Made by a program: the position numbers and the translations under genes
NCBI GenBank assembly: GCA_963768985.1
Contig: CAVYJZ010000009.1
Coordinates: forward strand, 74,188-138,187
Source of the DNA: an uncultured delta proteobacterium
GTDB lineage: Bacteria; Myxococcota_A; Polyangia; Polyangiales; Houyiibacteriaceae
DNA: 64,000 bases
Reading direction: 5' to 3'
In this document: positions 18,608 through 26,750 of the stretch, piece after piece
Position numbering within the stretch: the stretch's first letter is position 1
Layout: every line of letters begins with the position of its first letter
Notes under the pieces: model-generated
Seen by the model: only the letters and a program-made list of their open reading frames with translations
Told to the model about the DNA's origin: nothing
The model's database searches: none

Positions 18608-19038
18608 CAGCCTTGTTCTTTCTGCCGAATGACGCCGCCAAGACGGTCGGCCCAGTTCTCCGGGTAACCGTCGTAGTACCCGGTCCATTGATTGCCGGTC
18701 GTCTCGCGGTACGCGAGCGCGTACGCTGCGCGCGAGATAGACGGCAAGCCGACGAGCGGCAAGTAGAGCCAGCCGAGCAGGCGGGACTGCTTGGTGTGGC
18801 CGAGCTCGTGGGCGCGGTTTCGCAAGTCCAGGTCGTGCCAGCGGCTGTTTTCCTGGCTCCAAAACACGATGTGTCCGAGCGAGATGCCCGTTCCCTTGGA
18901 CTCGACGACCAGGCGGCCGTCCTCGATCTCGACGTTGACGATGCGTTTGCGGGCGGCCTCCGCTCCGAGCATCGCGGCCCCGAGCGCGGTCTGCGGCGCC
19001 TCCCAAGCGAGCGACAGGATTCGGCGCAGCAGAGACAT
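18607..19038 (-). CDS. Small HExxH zincin-like protein (DUF4157-like signature)
   Basis: 143 aa containing GISLGHIVF...RNRAHELGHTKQS (HExxH followed by Q at +3). Its TGA stop shares one base with the radical SAM ATG (TGATG). Confidence 0.6.
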   Translation of the reverse strand: MSLLRRILSLAWEAPQTALGAAMLGAEAARKRIVNVEIEDGRLVVESKGTGISLGHIVFWSQENSRWHDLDLRNRAHELGHTKQSRLLGWLYLPLVGLPSISRAAYALAYRETTGNQWTGYYDGYPENWADRLGGVIRQKEQG

Positions 19039-19079
19039 CGTGCAGAGCGTAGCACTAGCGAGAGCCGAGGGGTCGCGCC

Positions 19080-19724
19080 CTAGTCGCGTTTCGCGATCCC
19101 GCGATAAAGATGGGAAATCAGCTGCGGGCCTTTACCCTTGAACTCGTCGAGCGAAGTGAGCTCGAATCCCGATTGCTCGACGAGCTGATCGATCGGTCGG
19201 TTGAGGTTGCACCCGTCCGTCAGGCGCAACCAGATCGGGTTGAGGCGATCCTGCCAGCGGATCGTGCGCTCGTTGCGACCCCGGCCGTGCTCGATGAAGA
19301 GATAGAGCCCACCTGGTTTCAAGACACGATGCATTTCATCGAGTGCCGCCCGAGCATCTGGAATCGAACAAAGCGTCCAAGTCGTGACGACACAGTCGAA
19401 GCGCCCGGCATCGAAAGGGAGCCGCTGGTCAGCCCGGAGAGCCGCCCGCTCTACCGGAAATGGCGCACGCGCGACGCGCTCTTTGACGGAAGCCACGCCG
19501 TCGGTCGTCATCGGGTCGACGCCCCAGACCGAGCGTACCGCGCTCGGATAGTGGGGCAGGTTCCGCCCGGTTCCGAACCCGACCTCCAGGACATCACCCC
19601 GGGCCCGGGCCAAGGCTTCCGGCCTGAGGTCGTCCATCAAGCGCATGCCTACGTCTTGCACCCAGGGTCGTGCGCGGTCGCGAAGCCTCGCCGGGTTACT
19701 CGAAGAGCGCGAGGTATTCTCCAT
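19080..19724 (-). CDS. Class I SAM-dependent methyltransferase
   Basis: It has motif I (VLEVGFGTG) and post-I/II motifs. The start (ATG 19724 or ATG 19646) is uncertain. The 19724 start overlaps the end of msrAB by 29 nt. Confidence 0.7.
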   Translation of the reverse strand: MENTSRSSSNPARLRDRARPWVQDVGMRLMDDLRPEALARARGDVLEVGFGTGRNLPHYPSAVRSVWGVDPMTTDGVASVKERVARAPFPVERAALRADQRLPFDAGRFDCVVTTWTLCSIPDARAALDEMHRVLKPGGLYLFIEHGRGRNERTIRWQDRLNPIWLRLTDGCNLNRPIDQLVEQSGFELTSLDEFKGKGPQLISHLYRGIAKRD

Positions 19725-20859
19725 AGCCCTCTTTGGCGAGGTCTTCCTTGGGGATGAACCGCAAGGACGCACTGTTGATGCAGTAGCGCAGCCCGTCGGG
19801 CGCAGGACCGTCCTCGAAGACGTGGCCGAGGTGACTGTCGCCATGCTTGCTTCGGATCTCCGTCCGCGTTGCCATCAGCTTGTGGTCCACTCGCTGCGTG
19901 ATGTTTTCTTTGTCGATCGGTTTGCTGAAGCTCGGCCAACCGGTTCCGCTGTCGTATTTGTCGGTCGAGCTAAAAAGAGGCTCGCCGCTGACGACATCGA
20001 CGTAGATTCCCTCTTTCTTGTTGTTCCAGTAGACGTTACGAAACGGCGGCTCGGTGCCCTCTTCCTGCGTAACCGCGTACTGCAATGGGGTCAGCTCCGC
20101 ACGGAGCTCTGCCTCGGGCGGCTTCTCGAAATTTTTGCTCTTCTCGGACATCGATCTCGTTTCTTTGGGTTTTGGGGGGGCTTCGAGAGGCCTGTTCCCC
20201 CAAACGGATTTGAGGAATGCATCCCGGCCGGACCCGGTGCGGTAACGCTTGTAGTTGGTGGGGTTCTTCTTGTAGTAGTCCTGATGATAAGCCTCGGCGG
20301 CGTAGAACGGCTGAGCCGGCAGGATTTGCGTCACGATCGGCGCCTTGAAGATACCGCTCTTCGCGAGCTCTCGTTTCGATGCTTCTGCGAGCTCGTGCTG
20401 CTCATGGTCGTGCACAAAAATCGCCGTGCGGTACTGCGAGCCTCGATCCGCGAACTGCCCGCCGTCATCGGTCGGGTCGATTTGCCGCCAAAACACCTTC
20501 AGCAGGTAGTCGTAAGAGATGACAGCAGGGTCATACAGCACCTCGATCGCTTCGACGTGTCCGGTCCGGCCGGAGCTGACTTCTTCGTATGAAGGCCCCG
20601 ATTCCTTCCCGCCCGTATACCCCGACGTCACACTCACCACGCCTTGAAGCGCTTCGAATGGAGGCTCCATACACCAAAAACATCCGCCCGCGAAAGTCGC
20701 TTTCGCGAGCTTGCCACCTTTGTCCGGCGCACTGGCTTGCTTGTCCTGTTGAGCCTGCTTAGTGGGCACATCAGCGCGCGTCGAAGTCACTCCGATGGCC
20801 ACCACGATGGCCGTTGCCAGGATCGGAATCCCGATCAGAATCGTCCGCCAGCTCTTCAT
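19696..20859 (-). CDS. msrAB: Bifunctional peptide-methionine sulfoxide reductase MsrA/MsrB with an N-terminal membrane anchor or signal
   Basis: 387 aa with the MsrA motif GGCFWCMEP and the MsrB motif [11 protein letters not shown]. The N-terminal TM segment is [18 protein letters not shown]. Confidence 0.9.
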   Translation of the reverse strand: MKSWRTILIGIPILATAIVVAIGVTSTRADVPTKQAQQDKQASAPDKGGKLAKATFAGGCFWCMEPPFEALQGVVSVTSGYTGGKESGPSYEEVSSGRTGHVEAIEVLYDPAVISYDYLLKVFWRQIDPTDDGGQFADRGSQYRTAIFVHDHEQHELAEASKRELAKSGIFKAPIVTQILPAQPFYAAEAYHQDYYKKNPTNYKRYRTGSGRDAFLKSVWGNRPLEAPPKPKETRSMSEKSKNFEKPPEAELRAELTPLQYAVTQEEGTEPPFRNVYWNNKKEGIYVDVVSGEPLFSSTDKYDSGTGWPSFSKPIDKENITQRVDHKLMATRTEIRSKHGDSHLGHVFEDGPAPDGLRYCINSASLRFIPKEDLAKEGYGEYLALFE

Positions 20860-20915
20860 CGCTCATTCCCCATGTAAGGCTCTCCCGCTTTAACGCCAGA
20901 CACGCCCAAATGTTT

Positions 20916-20947
20916 CCAAAAAAGCGGGAAAGCCCAGCATTTTCCGC
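20916..20947 (-). terminator. Candidate intrinsic terminator after the MscS-family gene
   Basis: On the minus strand: GCGGAAAA-TGCTGGGC-TTTCCCGC followed by TTTTTTGG. The stem has one bulge or mismatch. Confidence 0.4.
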
Positions 20948-20971
20948 GGCTCAAGGGGCCGCCGTTGGGCC

Positions 20972-22045
20972 TTATGGCTTCTCGATGAAGAGGGTCTGCG
21001 TGGGGTATGCGAACTCGATGCCTTCCTCGGCGAACTCGCGATAGAGCCTCAGATTGATCGCTTGCTGGATGTCCATGTAGAGGCCGTAGTCGGCGCTCTC
21101 CACGTAGTAGACCGTTTCGAAATCCAGCGAGGAATCACCGAACGAAGCGAAGTGAGAGCGGTCGAAATGCGTCTTGTCCTGAGACTGGACGGCTTCCCGG
21201 ATCATACTCGGAATCTTCTCGAGCTTTTCTGGCGGCGTTTGGTACGTCACCCCCAGCTGGAACACCACCCGCCGCTGCTGCATCCGGCCGAAATTTCGGA
21301 TCCGGCTGCCGAGCAGGTCTCCGTTGGAGAAGATGAGCTGCTCGCCGGAAATGCTTCGGATGCGTGTCGTCTTGATGCCGATGTGCTCCACCGAGCCCAT
21401 CAGTTCACCCACAATCACGAAATCACCTAGAACGAAGGGCTTATCCAGGACGATCGACAGGGATGCGAAGAGGTCGCCGAGAATGTTCTGGAGGGCCAGG
21501 GCAACGGCCACGCCTCCGATGCCGAGGCCCGCGACCAGGGCAGTGACGTCGATTCCGAGGTTGTCCAGGGCCAGCAGGAGAATGAGGCCCCAGAGCGCTA
21601 TCCGGCCGAGGAAGCTCAGGGCGTTCATCGTCATCAGGTGCCCGCCGTCCGTCTCGTCCTTTCGGTAGTTGCGGAGCCAAATCGCGAGCGCGGTGCTCAG
21701 CCAAATGCCTCCCTGGATGAGCGTTGCGACGATGGTTACCTTCCAGAGAATCGAGCGCAGCTCCGGCTCGAGGGTCACCCAAACTGAGCCCGCGAAGACG
21801 GAAACCACCAGCAGGAACCCGAGGTTCGTCTTCCGGAGCGCCCCGATCACCAGGTCGTCGATGATCGTGTGGGTCTTTTCCGCGAGGCGCTCGATGCGCA
21901 CGATCAAGACCTGCTCGACCAGTCGAAGCACGATCAGAGTGCCGATCGCGACACCGAGGGCGATCAGCCAGGTCCTGATTTCATTTCCGTAGAGCGTATC
22001 GTTGAGATCAAACACACTAGGTTCTTGAAATGCGTTCGCGGACAA
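20972..22045 (-). CDS. Mechanosensitive ion channel (MscS family)
   Basis: 357 aa with N-terminal TM helices and the conserved MscS beta domain (GDFVIVGELMGSVEHIGIKTTRIRS). Confidence 0.85.
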   Translation of the reverse strand: MSANAFQEPSVFDLNDTLYGNEIRTWLIALGVAIGTLIVLRLVEQVLIVRIERLAEKTHTIIDDLVIGALRKTNLGFLLVVSVFAGSVWVTLEPELRSILWKVTIVATLIQGGIWLSTALAIWLRNYRKDETDGGHLMTMNALSFLGRIALWGLILLLALDNLGIDVTALVAGLGIGGVAVALALQNILGDLFASLSIVLDKPFVLGDFVIVGELMGSVEHIGIKTTRIRSISGEQLIFSNGDLLGSRIRNFGRMQQRRVVFQLGVTYQTPPEKLEKIPSMIREAVQSQDKTHFDRSHFASFGDSSLDFETVYYVESADYGLYMDIQQAINLRLYREFAEEGIEFAYPTQTLFIEKP

Positions 22046-22649
22046 AGCAACCCACCAAATGGTCGTTCACCAGACCCATCGCCTGCATGAACGCGTACAT
22101 GGTCGTCGGTCCGACGAAAGACCAGCCGCGCCGCTTGAGCTCTTTGCTCAATGCGGTCGATGCGGGGGTCTTCGTGAGCTTTGTCAGCGACCGGTGGGTC
22201 ATCTTCTTCGGACGCTCGCTCTCGGGCGTCACGCATTCCCAAAAGAACACCGAGAGCGATCCAAACTCGCGTTCGAGCTCGATCGCGCGCCTCGCATTGT
22301 GGATTGTGGATTCGATCTTACCGCGGTGCCGAACGATGCCCGGGTCTTTGAGAAGGCGCTCGACGCTGCGCTGATTGAAGCGCGCGATCCGGTGGTAGTC
22401 GAAATCGGCAAATGCGTTTCGAAAATTCTCCCGCTTTCGCAAAATGGTCAACCAGCTCAAACCCGCTTGAAACCCTTCGAGACATATCTTCTCGAACAGG
22501 CGCACGTCGTCGTGCACGGGCCAGCCCCATTCCTCGTCGTGATAACTCGTGTACTCCGGTGTCTTCGCGCACCACCAACACCGCGCGAGTCCGTCATCCC
22601 CTCGGACGACTCCTTTGGGCAGCCCAGCCACGAGAGCGAAAACTACCAC
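22017..22649 (-). CDS. tag: DNA-3-methyladenine glycosylase I
   Basis: 210 aa. RCWWC...YHDEEWGWPVHDD..FEKICLEGFQAGLSWLTILRKRENF is the Tag signature. Confidence 0.9.
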   Translation of the reverse strand: MVVFALVAGLPKGVVRGDDGLARCWWCAKTPEYTSYHDEEWGWPVHDDVRLFEKICLEGFQAGLSWLTILRKRENFRNAFADFDYHRIARFNQRSVERLLKDPGIVRHRGKIESTIHNARRAIELEREFGSLSVFFWECVTPESERPKKMTHRSLTKLTKTPASTALSKELKRRGWSFVGPTTMYAFMQAMGLVNDHLVGCFVRERISRT

Positions 22650-22691
22650 GCGAGGTGGCTCTTGTGGATCGCGTCGATTGTCGCGAGAGCC

Positions 22692-23894
22692 TCAGCGAGG
22701 TTCGAGGAGCGCCGGGAACGTCTTGAGGCCTCGGGTGAACGACGATGAGACGTATTCGACCTGCTTACCCTCGGGAATTCGAATGCGCTTGACGCGCTGG
22801 GTCATCTCCTCGAGCGATAGACGGATCTCCATGCGGGCAAGCGAAGCGCCAAGGCAGAAATGCGGACCGAGCCCGAACGAGAGATGCTTCGCTTCCTTGC
22901 CGAAATCCCGGAAAATGTCGAAGGTATGCGGATCGGCGAACTTCCGCGGATCGCGGTTGGCGGCAGGATAGGTGAGGCCCACCTGCTGCCCTTCTTTGAT
23001 GATCTTGCCGTGAAGCTCGTAGTCGCGGGTCGCAGTACGGTACATGTTCACGAACGGGCAGACCCAGCGGATGATCTCTTCGACAGCGTTCGGGATGAGC
23101 GACGGATCCTCTGAGAGAGCGTCGTACTGCTTCGGATCGGTCGAGAGGCGTTCGAGGCCGCCCGCGATCGCACTGCGGGTCGTTTCCGCACCGCCCACGT
23201 TGAGCAGAATGTGCTCGAACAAGAGCTGTGATTCGTCGAGCTTCTCGCCGTCGATCTCGGCGTTGATCCAGATGGTGAGAAGATCCGTGCCGGTACAGCC
23301 CGCAGCGATTCGGTCCTGGTACATCTCTTCGTGATGCATGCAAAAGTTCTCGAAGGCATCGTTGACCTCGTCGGTGACGTAGTCGGGACCGCATCCACCT
23401 GCCGTGACTTTGGAGACCCACCCCAGCACCTCGGTGCGCTTTTCCTGCGGGATGTCCAGCATGTCGGCGATCAAGCGCGCCGGGAGGGCTGCCGCCAAGT
23501 CGGCGACTATCTCGACTTCATCCTTCTGGAGCATCTTGTCGACGAGCTCAACCACGATTTCTCGCGCGCGATCTTCCATCTTGCGCATCTGGCGCGGCGT
23601 GAAGCCGGAGGACACGAGCGCGCGCTGCTTGTTGTGCAGCTCCCCGTCTTGGTAAATCATCCCCGGGTCGGGGGGGATGTTCGGCCGGACGCCCTCGCTG
23701 TTGATGAACGTCTCCGTGTCACGCTCGATTGCGACGATGTCGTCGTAACGGAAAACCTCCCAGACCTCGTTCTTCGCGTCGAAGTACAGCGGCTCGTGCT
23801 CGAGGAAGTAGTCGTACATCTCGTACGGGTTGTCGTGAGTCGAGGGCGCGCAAAAATCGACGTTCTGGAACTTCGCGGGGCACTTGTTTTCCAA
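22692..23894 (-). CDS. Cytochrome P450
   Basis: 400 aa with the heme-binding loop FGLGPHFCLGASLAR and an ExxR motif. The TTG start is preceded by GGAGGA with 4-nt spacing. Confidence 0.9.
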   Translation of the reverse strand: MENKCPAKFQNVDFCAPSTHDNPYEMYDYFLEHEPLYFDAKNEVWEVFRYDDIVAIERDTETFINSEGVRPNIPPDPGMIYQDGELHNKQRALVSSGFTPRQMRKMEDRAREIVVELVDKMLQKDEVEIVADLAAALPARLIADMLDIPQEKRTEVLGWVSKVTAGGCGPDYVTDEVNDAFENFCMHHEEMYQDRIAAGCTGTDLLTIWINAEIDGEKLDESQLLFEHILLNVGGAETTRSAIAGGLERLSTDPKQYDALSEDPSLIPNAVEEIIRWVCPFVNMYRTATRDYELHGKIIKEGQQVGLTYPAANRDPRKFADPHTFDIFRDFGKEAKHLSFGLGPHFCLGASLARMEIRLSLEEMTQRVKRIRIPEGKQVEYVSSSFTRGLKTFPALLEPR

Positions 23895-23905
23895 CGGATC
23901 CTCCG

Positions 23906-23926
23906 ATATCCCGACAAGCGGGATAT
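23906..23926 (-). promoter_or_regulatory. 5'-UTR hairpin immediately upstream of the P450 ribosome-binding site
   Basis: ATATCCCG-CTTGT-CGGGATAT (8-bp stem) abuts the Shine-Dalgarno sequence GGAGGA. Confidence 0.35.
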
Positions 23927-23952
23927 AACTTTACTACATGTAAACTAAATGT

Positions 23953-23980
23953 ATTGTAGAACAAGTTCTAGTACCGTCAA
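23953..23980 (-). promoter_or_regulatory. Sigma-70-type promoter for the P450 gene, with a palindromic operator in the spacer
   Basis: The minus strand reads TTGACG-16 nt-TACAAT. The perfect palindrome TAGAAC-NN-GTTCTA (23957-23970) fills the spacer and touches the -10 element. This lies in the most AT-rich intergenic stretch I noticed in the window. Confidence 0.5.
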
Positions 23981-24058
23981 GGCAATCCCTATCGGTTTCA
24001 AAAGAATCAGGGTGGCCGCTCCGGACGGGCACTCCCGGCGTCTAGAGGCGCGTGTCGG

Positions 24059-24931
24059 TCAGACGGGTTTGCGCGCCATGATCGCCCAGGTGCTCGAGGG
24101 CATGAAGACGCCTTCATCACGGACGTACGGCTTCAGGAATGCGCCTAGATCTTCGCGGATGCGCGAGAGCTTGCGCTGGCCTTCTTCGCCCGCCTCTCGG
24201 ACGATTTCGCCCGACGGCCCAACGAGGATCTGGTAGTCGATCGCCTCTTCGATGTCGCGTCCGATGCAGACGTCCGCATCGATGCGTTTGAAGACGTCGA
24301 TGTCCGGGAAGCCGGCGGCTTGCAGCATTGCGCGATCGGTTTCTTCGCTCGCCATCGAGAAGGGGCCAGGGCCGCAGGTCGACGCGTTGTCCCCCGGAGG
24401 CGGTAAGTGCCGCAGCACGACCTCTTTGGCAGCGCCCCAGCACGGGTTGTCCGCGAGCGAGCGCCATACGATCAAACACAGCTTGCCGCCGGGCTTGAGC
24501 GCGTGGTGCGCGTTGCGCAGCGCCCTCACAGCGCTTTGAAAGAACATCACCCCGAATCGGGAGTACGCCACGTCGAAATAGCTTTCCGGAAGGTCGCAAA
24601 CCTGAGCATCGCCGACTTGATAGCGAACGTTACGCGCGCCGAACGCGTCGCGCTCCTGGTTGGCAATGTCCAGAAAGGTATCGGTGCAGTCGATGCCGAC
24701 CACCTCGCCTGAGGGTCCCACCATCTGGCCTATTTCGAGAGCCGTCTCGCCAAACCCACAGCCGATGTCGAGAACCTTGTCGCCAGGTCGGATGTCGAAG
24801 TCGACGTATGAGAGATCGCTGTGGATCTTGCCGTTGCCGGACAGCAAATGGCGAAAACGAATCCACTTGGGCGTTAGTATCTCGTTCCAGCACTCCACGA
24901 ACCCCAGGTTGTCGCTTGCGATCTCGCTCAT
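24059..24931 (-). CDS. Class I SAM-dependent methyltransferase
   Basis: 290 aa with motif I VLDIGCGFGETALEI. Confidence 0.8.
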   Translation of the reverse strand: MSEIASDNLGFVECWNEILTPKWIRFRHLLSGNGKIHSDLSYVDFDIRPGDKVLDIGCGFGETALEIGQMVGPSGEVVGIDCTDTFLDIANQERDAFGARNVRYQVGDAQVCDLPESYFDVAYSRFGVMFFQSAVRALRNAHHALKPGGKLCLIVWRSLADNPCWGAAKEVVLRHLPPPGDNASTCGPGPFSMASEETDRAMLQAAGFPDIDVFKRIDADVCIGRDIEEAIDYQILVGPSGEIVREAGEEGQRKLSRIREDLGAFLKPYVRDEGVFMPSSTWAIMARKPV

Positions 24932-25305
24932 GGTGCCTCCGTGCCGTCGGTGCTTAGAAACACTTCGTGGATGGTGAGCTCGTTCGGCCCGCGGAACATC
25001 TCTTTGGGTGGCCGGTTTCGATGCGCCTCCGCAAAGGACGGGCTCGTCGTCCAGGCCACGAAATCGTCAAAGGACTCCCACCAAGTCTTGACCTCGTAGT
25101 AACCCTCCTTGCCAGGGTCAGCGGTCCATGTGCCGGCTTGGTGGTCGAGCTTCATGGGCTTGGGGCGGTGCACTTCGTTTCGAATGAAGCCCTTGGCCTG
25201 GTCCACGAGGTGAACCCGCTTTCGAAACCGGTCTTCGAAATCGATTTCGTAGCCTTCCGCTACGGGGATCCGGTTGGTGACGACAATCATGGGTACAGCA
25301 TACAC
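24928..25305 (-). CDS. Antibiotic-biosynthesis-monooxygenase (ABM/IsdG-like) family protein
   Basis: 125 aa with a ferredoxin-like ABM pattern (VTNRIPV...FIRNEVHRP...YEVKTWWESFDDFVAW). It overlaps the downstream methyltransferase by 4 nt. Confidence 0.65.
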   Translation of the reverse strand: MYAVPMIVVTNRIPVAEGYEIDFEDRFRKRVHLVDQAKGFIRNEVHRPKPMKLDHQAGTWTADPGKEGYYEVKTWWESFDDFVAWTTSPSFAEAHRNRPPKEMFRGPNELTIHEVFLSTDGTEAP

Positions 25306-25358
25306 TGCTTCCGGTCGAGTGCAGGCGGCGCTAAGAAGAGTAGGTGGCCGGAGGACGT

Positions 25359-26750
25359 ATGGATCTCAGTAAACCCCGCGTCCTGATCGTGGGAGGCGGT
25401 TTCGCAGGCATTGCCGCGGCCCGAGCCCTTCGCCGCGCCGAGGCCAATCTGGTCATCATCGACAAGCGCAACCACCACTTGTTCCAGCCGCTCCTCTACC
25501 AAGTCGCCACGGCCGCCCTGCATCCCGGGACAATTGCCGCCCCGATTCGAAGCCTCGTCAGCAAGCAGGCCAACTGCACCGTGTTGATGAAGGAGGTCGA
25601 CGATATCGACGTCGATGCGCAGACCATCACACTAGGCGGCGAACCCTACGTCTACGACTATCTGCTTCTGGCAACCGGCTTCGAGACGAACTACTTCGGA
25701 CACGAGGAATGGAAGAAAGAGGCGCCTGGTCTCAAGACGATCGAAGAGGCGACCGATGTCCGCGCGCGGTTCCTGTTGGCGTTCGAGCAAGCGGAGTTCG
25801 AGCAGGACCAAGCCGCCAAACGCGCGGCGCTCACCTTCGCCATCGTCGGCGCGGGTCCAACCGGCGTGGAGATGGCCGGAGCGTTGGCCGAGATCGCACA
25901 ACAAGTGCAACGAGACTTTCGCTCGATCGACACGAGAACGACCCGGATCATCCTACTCGATTTCGCGGATCGGGTCCTTCTGTCATTCGACCCGGGCTTG
26001 TCCGAACGGGCGAGGGAGGACCTCGAGTCCCTCGGCGTCGAGGTCCTCCTACGGACGCGGGTCACCGATGTCGATAGGAATGGCTTGAACGCGGAGACGC
26101 CCGATGGTTCGCTTCGGATCGATGCAAACAACGTCATCTGGGCGGCAGGAGTCAAGGGTGGCGCGTTGGGGGCATCACTCGGTGCCGAGCTCGATCGATC
26201 GGGACGCGTCATCGTCGAAGACGATCTTTCCGTCCCTGGTCATCCGAACGTCTTCGTCGCGGGTGACTTGGCTCACCGAATCGACCCAGAGACAGAGCAG
26301 CCGGTGCCCGCGGTCGCGCAGGGCGCGATTCAGGGAGGCAAGTTCGTAGGCGAAACGATCGCGGCCGAGCTCGACGCACTACGAAATGGCGAGCCCGCGC
26401 CCCCACGCAAGCCATTCGTGTACGAAGATCGCGGCTCGATGGCGATCATCGGTCGCAACCGCGCAGTGGCACAGGTCGGCAAGTTGCGGTTTGGCGGCTA
26501 TTTCGCCTTCCTGCTCTGGGCGATCATCCACATCCTGTTTCTGATCGACTTTCGGAGGAAGCTGGTGGTTTTCGTGGAATGGACCTGGCTCTACTTCACG
26601 GGCGGCCGCGGCGCGCGACTCATTACCGGCGACGAACGAACGCTCAAGCCGATCCAGCCTCCGCCCGAGTTCCGAATGGAGGCCCACGACTCCAATCCGG
26701 ACCTGGAGCCCGTCGAACATCGGGAGGACTATGCTAGGAAGGCTCCGTGA
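25359..26750 (+). CDS. ndh: Type II NADH dehydrogenase (NDH-2) family FAD/NAD(P)-oxidoreductase
   Basis: It has two dinucleotide folds (IVGGGFAGI and IVGAGPTGVE), NHHLFQPLLYQVAT, and a C-terminal membrane-anchoring helix. ATG 25359 is preferred over GTG 25344. Confidence 0.85.
   Translation: MDLSKPRVLIVGGGFAGIAAARALRRAEANLVIIDKRNHHLFQPLLYQVATAALHPGTIAAPIRSLVSKQANCTVLMKEVDDIDVDAQTITLGGEPYVYDYLLLATGFETNYFGHEEWKKEAPGLKTIEEATDVRARFLLAFEQAEFEQDQAAKRAALTFAIVGAGPTGVEMAGALAEIAQQVQRDFRSIDTRTTRIILLDFADRVLLSFDPGLSERAREDLESLGVEVLLRTRVTDVDRNGLNAETPDGSLRIDANNVIWAAGVKGGALGASLGAELDRSGRVIVEDDLSVPGHPNVFVAGDLAHRIDPETEQPVPAVAQGAIQGGKFVGETIAAELDALRNGEPAPPRKPFVYEDRGSMAIIGRNRAVAQVGKLRFGGYFAFLLWAIIHILFLIDFRRKLVVFVEWTWLYFTGGRGARLITGDERTLKPIQPPPEFRMEAHDSNPDLEPVEHREDYARKAP

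Noticed and set aside
18608-19006. The ORF track gives the radical SAM ORF a 133-codon N-terminal extension, for 499 aa in total.
   Set aside because: The extension is Arg/Pro-rich and fully overlaps the better-looking 143-aa HExxH ORF in another frame. The radical SAM domain begins right after the internal Met at 18607, which forms a TGATG junction with the upstream gene.
20165-20180. G7 homopolymer tracts inside coding regions (msrAB ~20172, the Nudix gene ~56458 and ~56540) might be phase-variation switches.
   Set aside because: Runs of this length are expected by chance in GC-rich coding DNA. The frames are intact and nothing else suggests contingency loci.
23957-23970. TAGAAC-AA-GTTCTA might be a Gram-positive-type LexA (Cheo) box.
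   Set aside because: The Cheo box is GAAC-N4-GTTC, and here the spacing is N2. The site is upstream of a P450 gene, not an SOS gene. I kept it only as a generic operator candidate.
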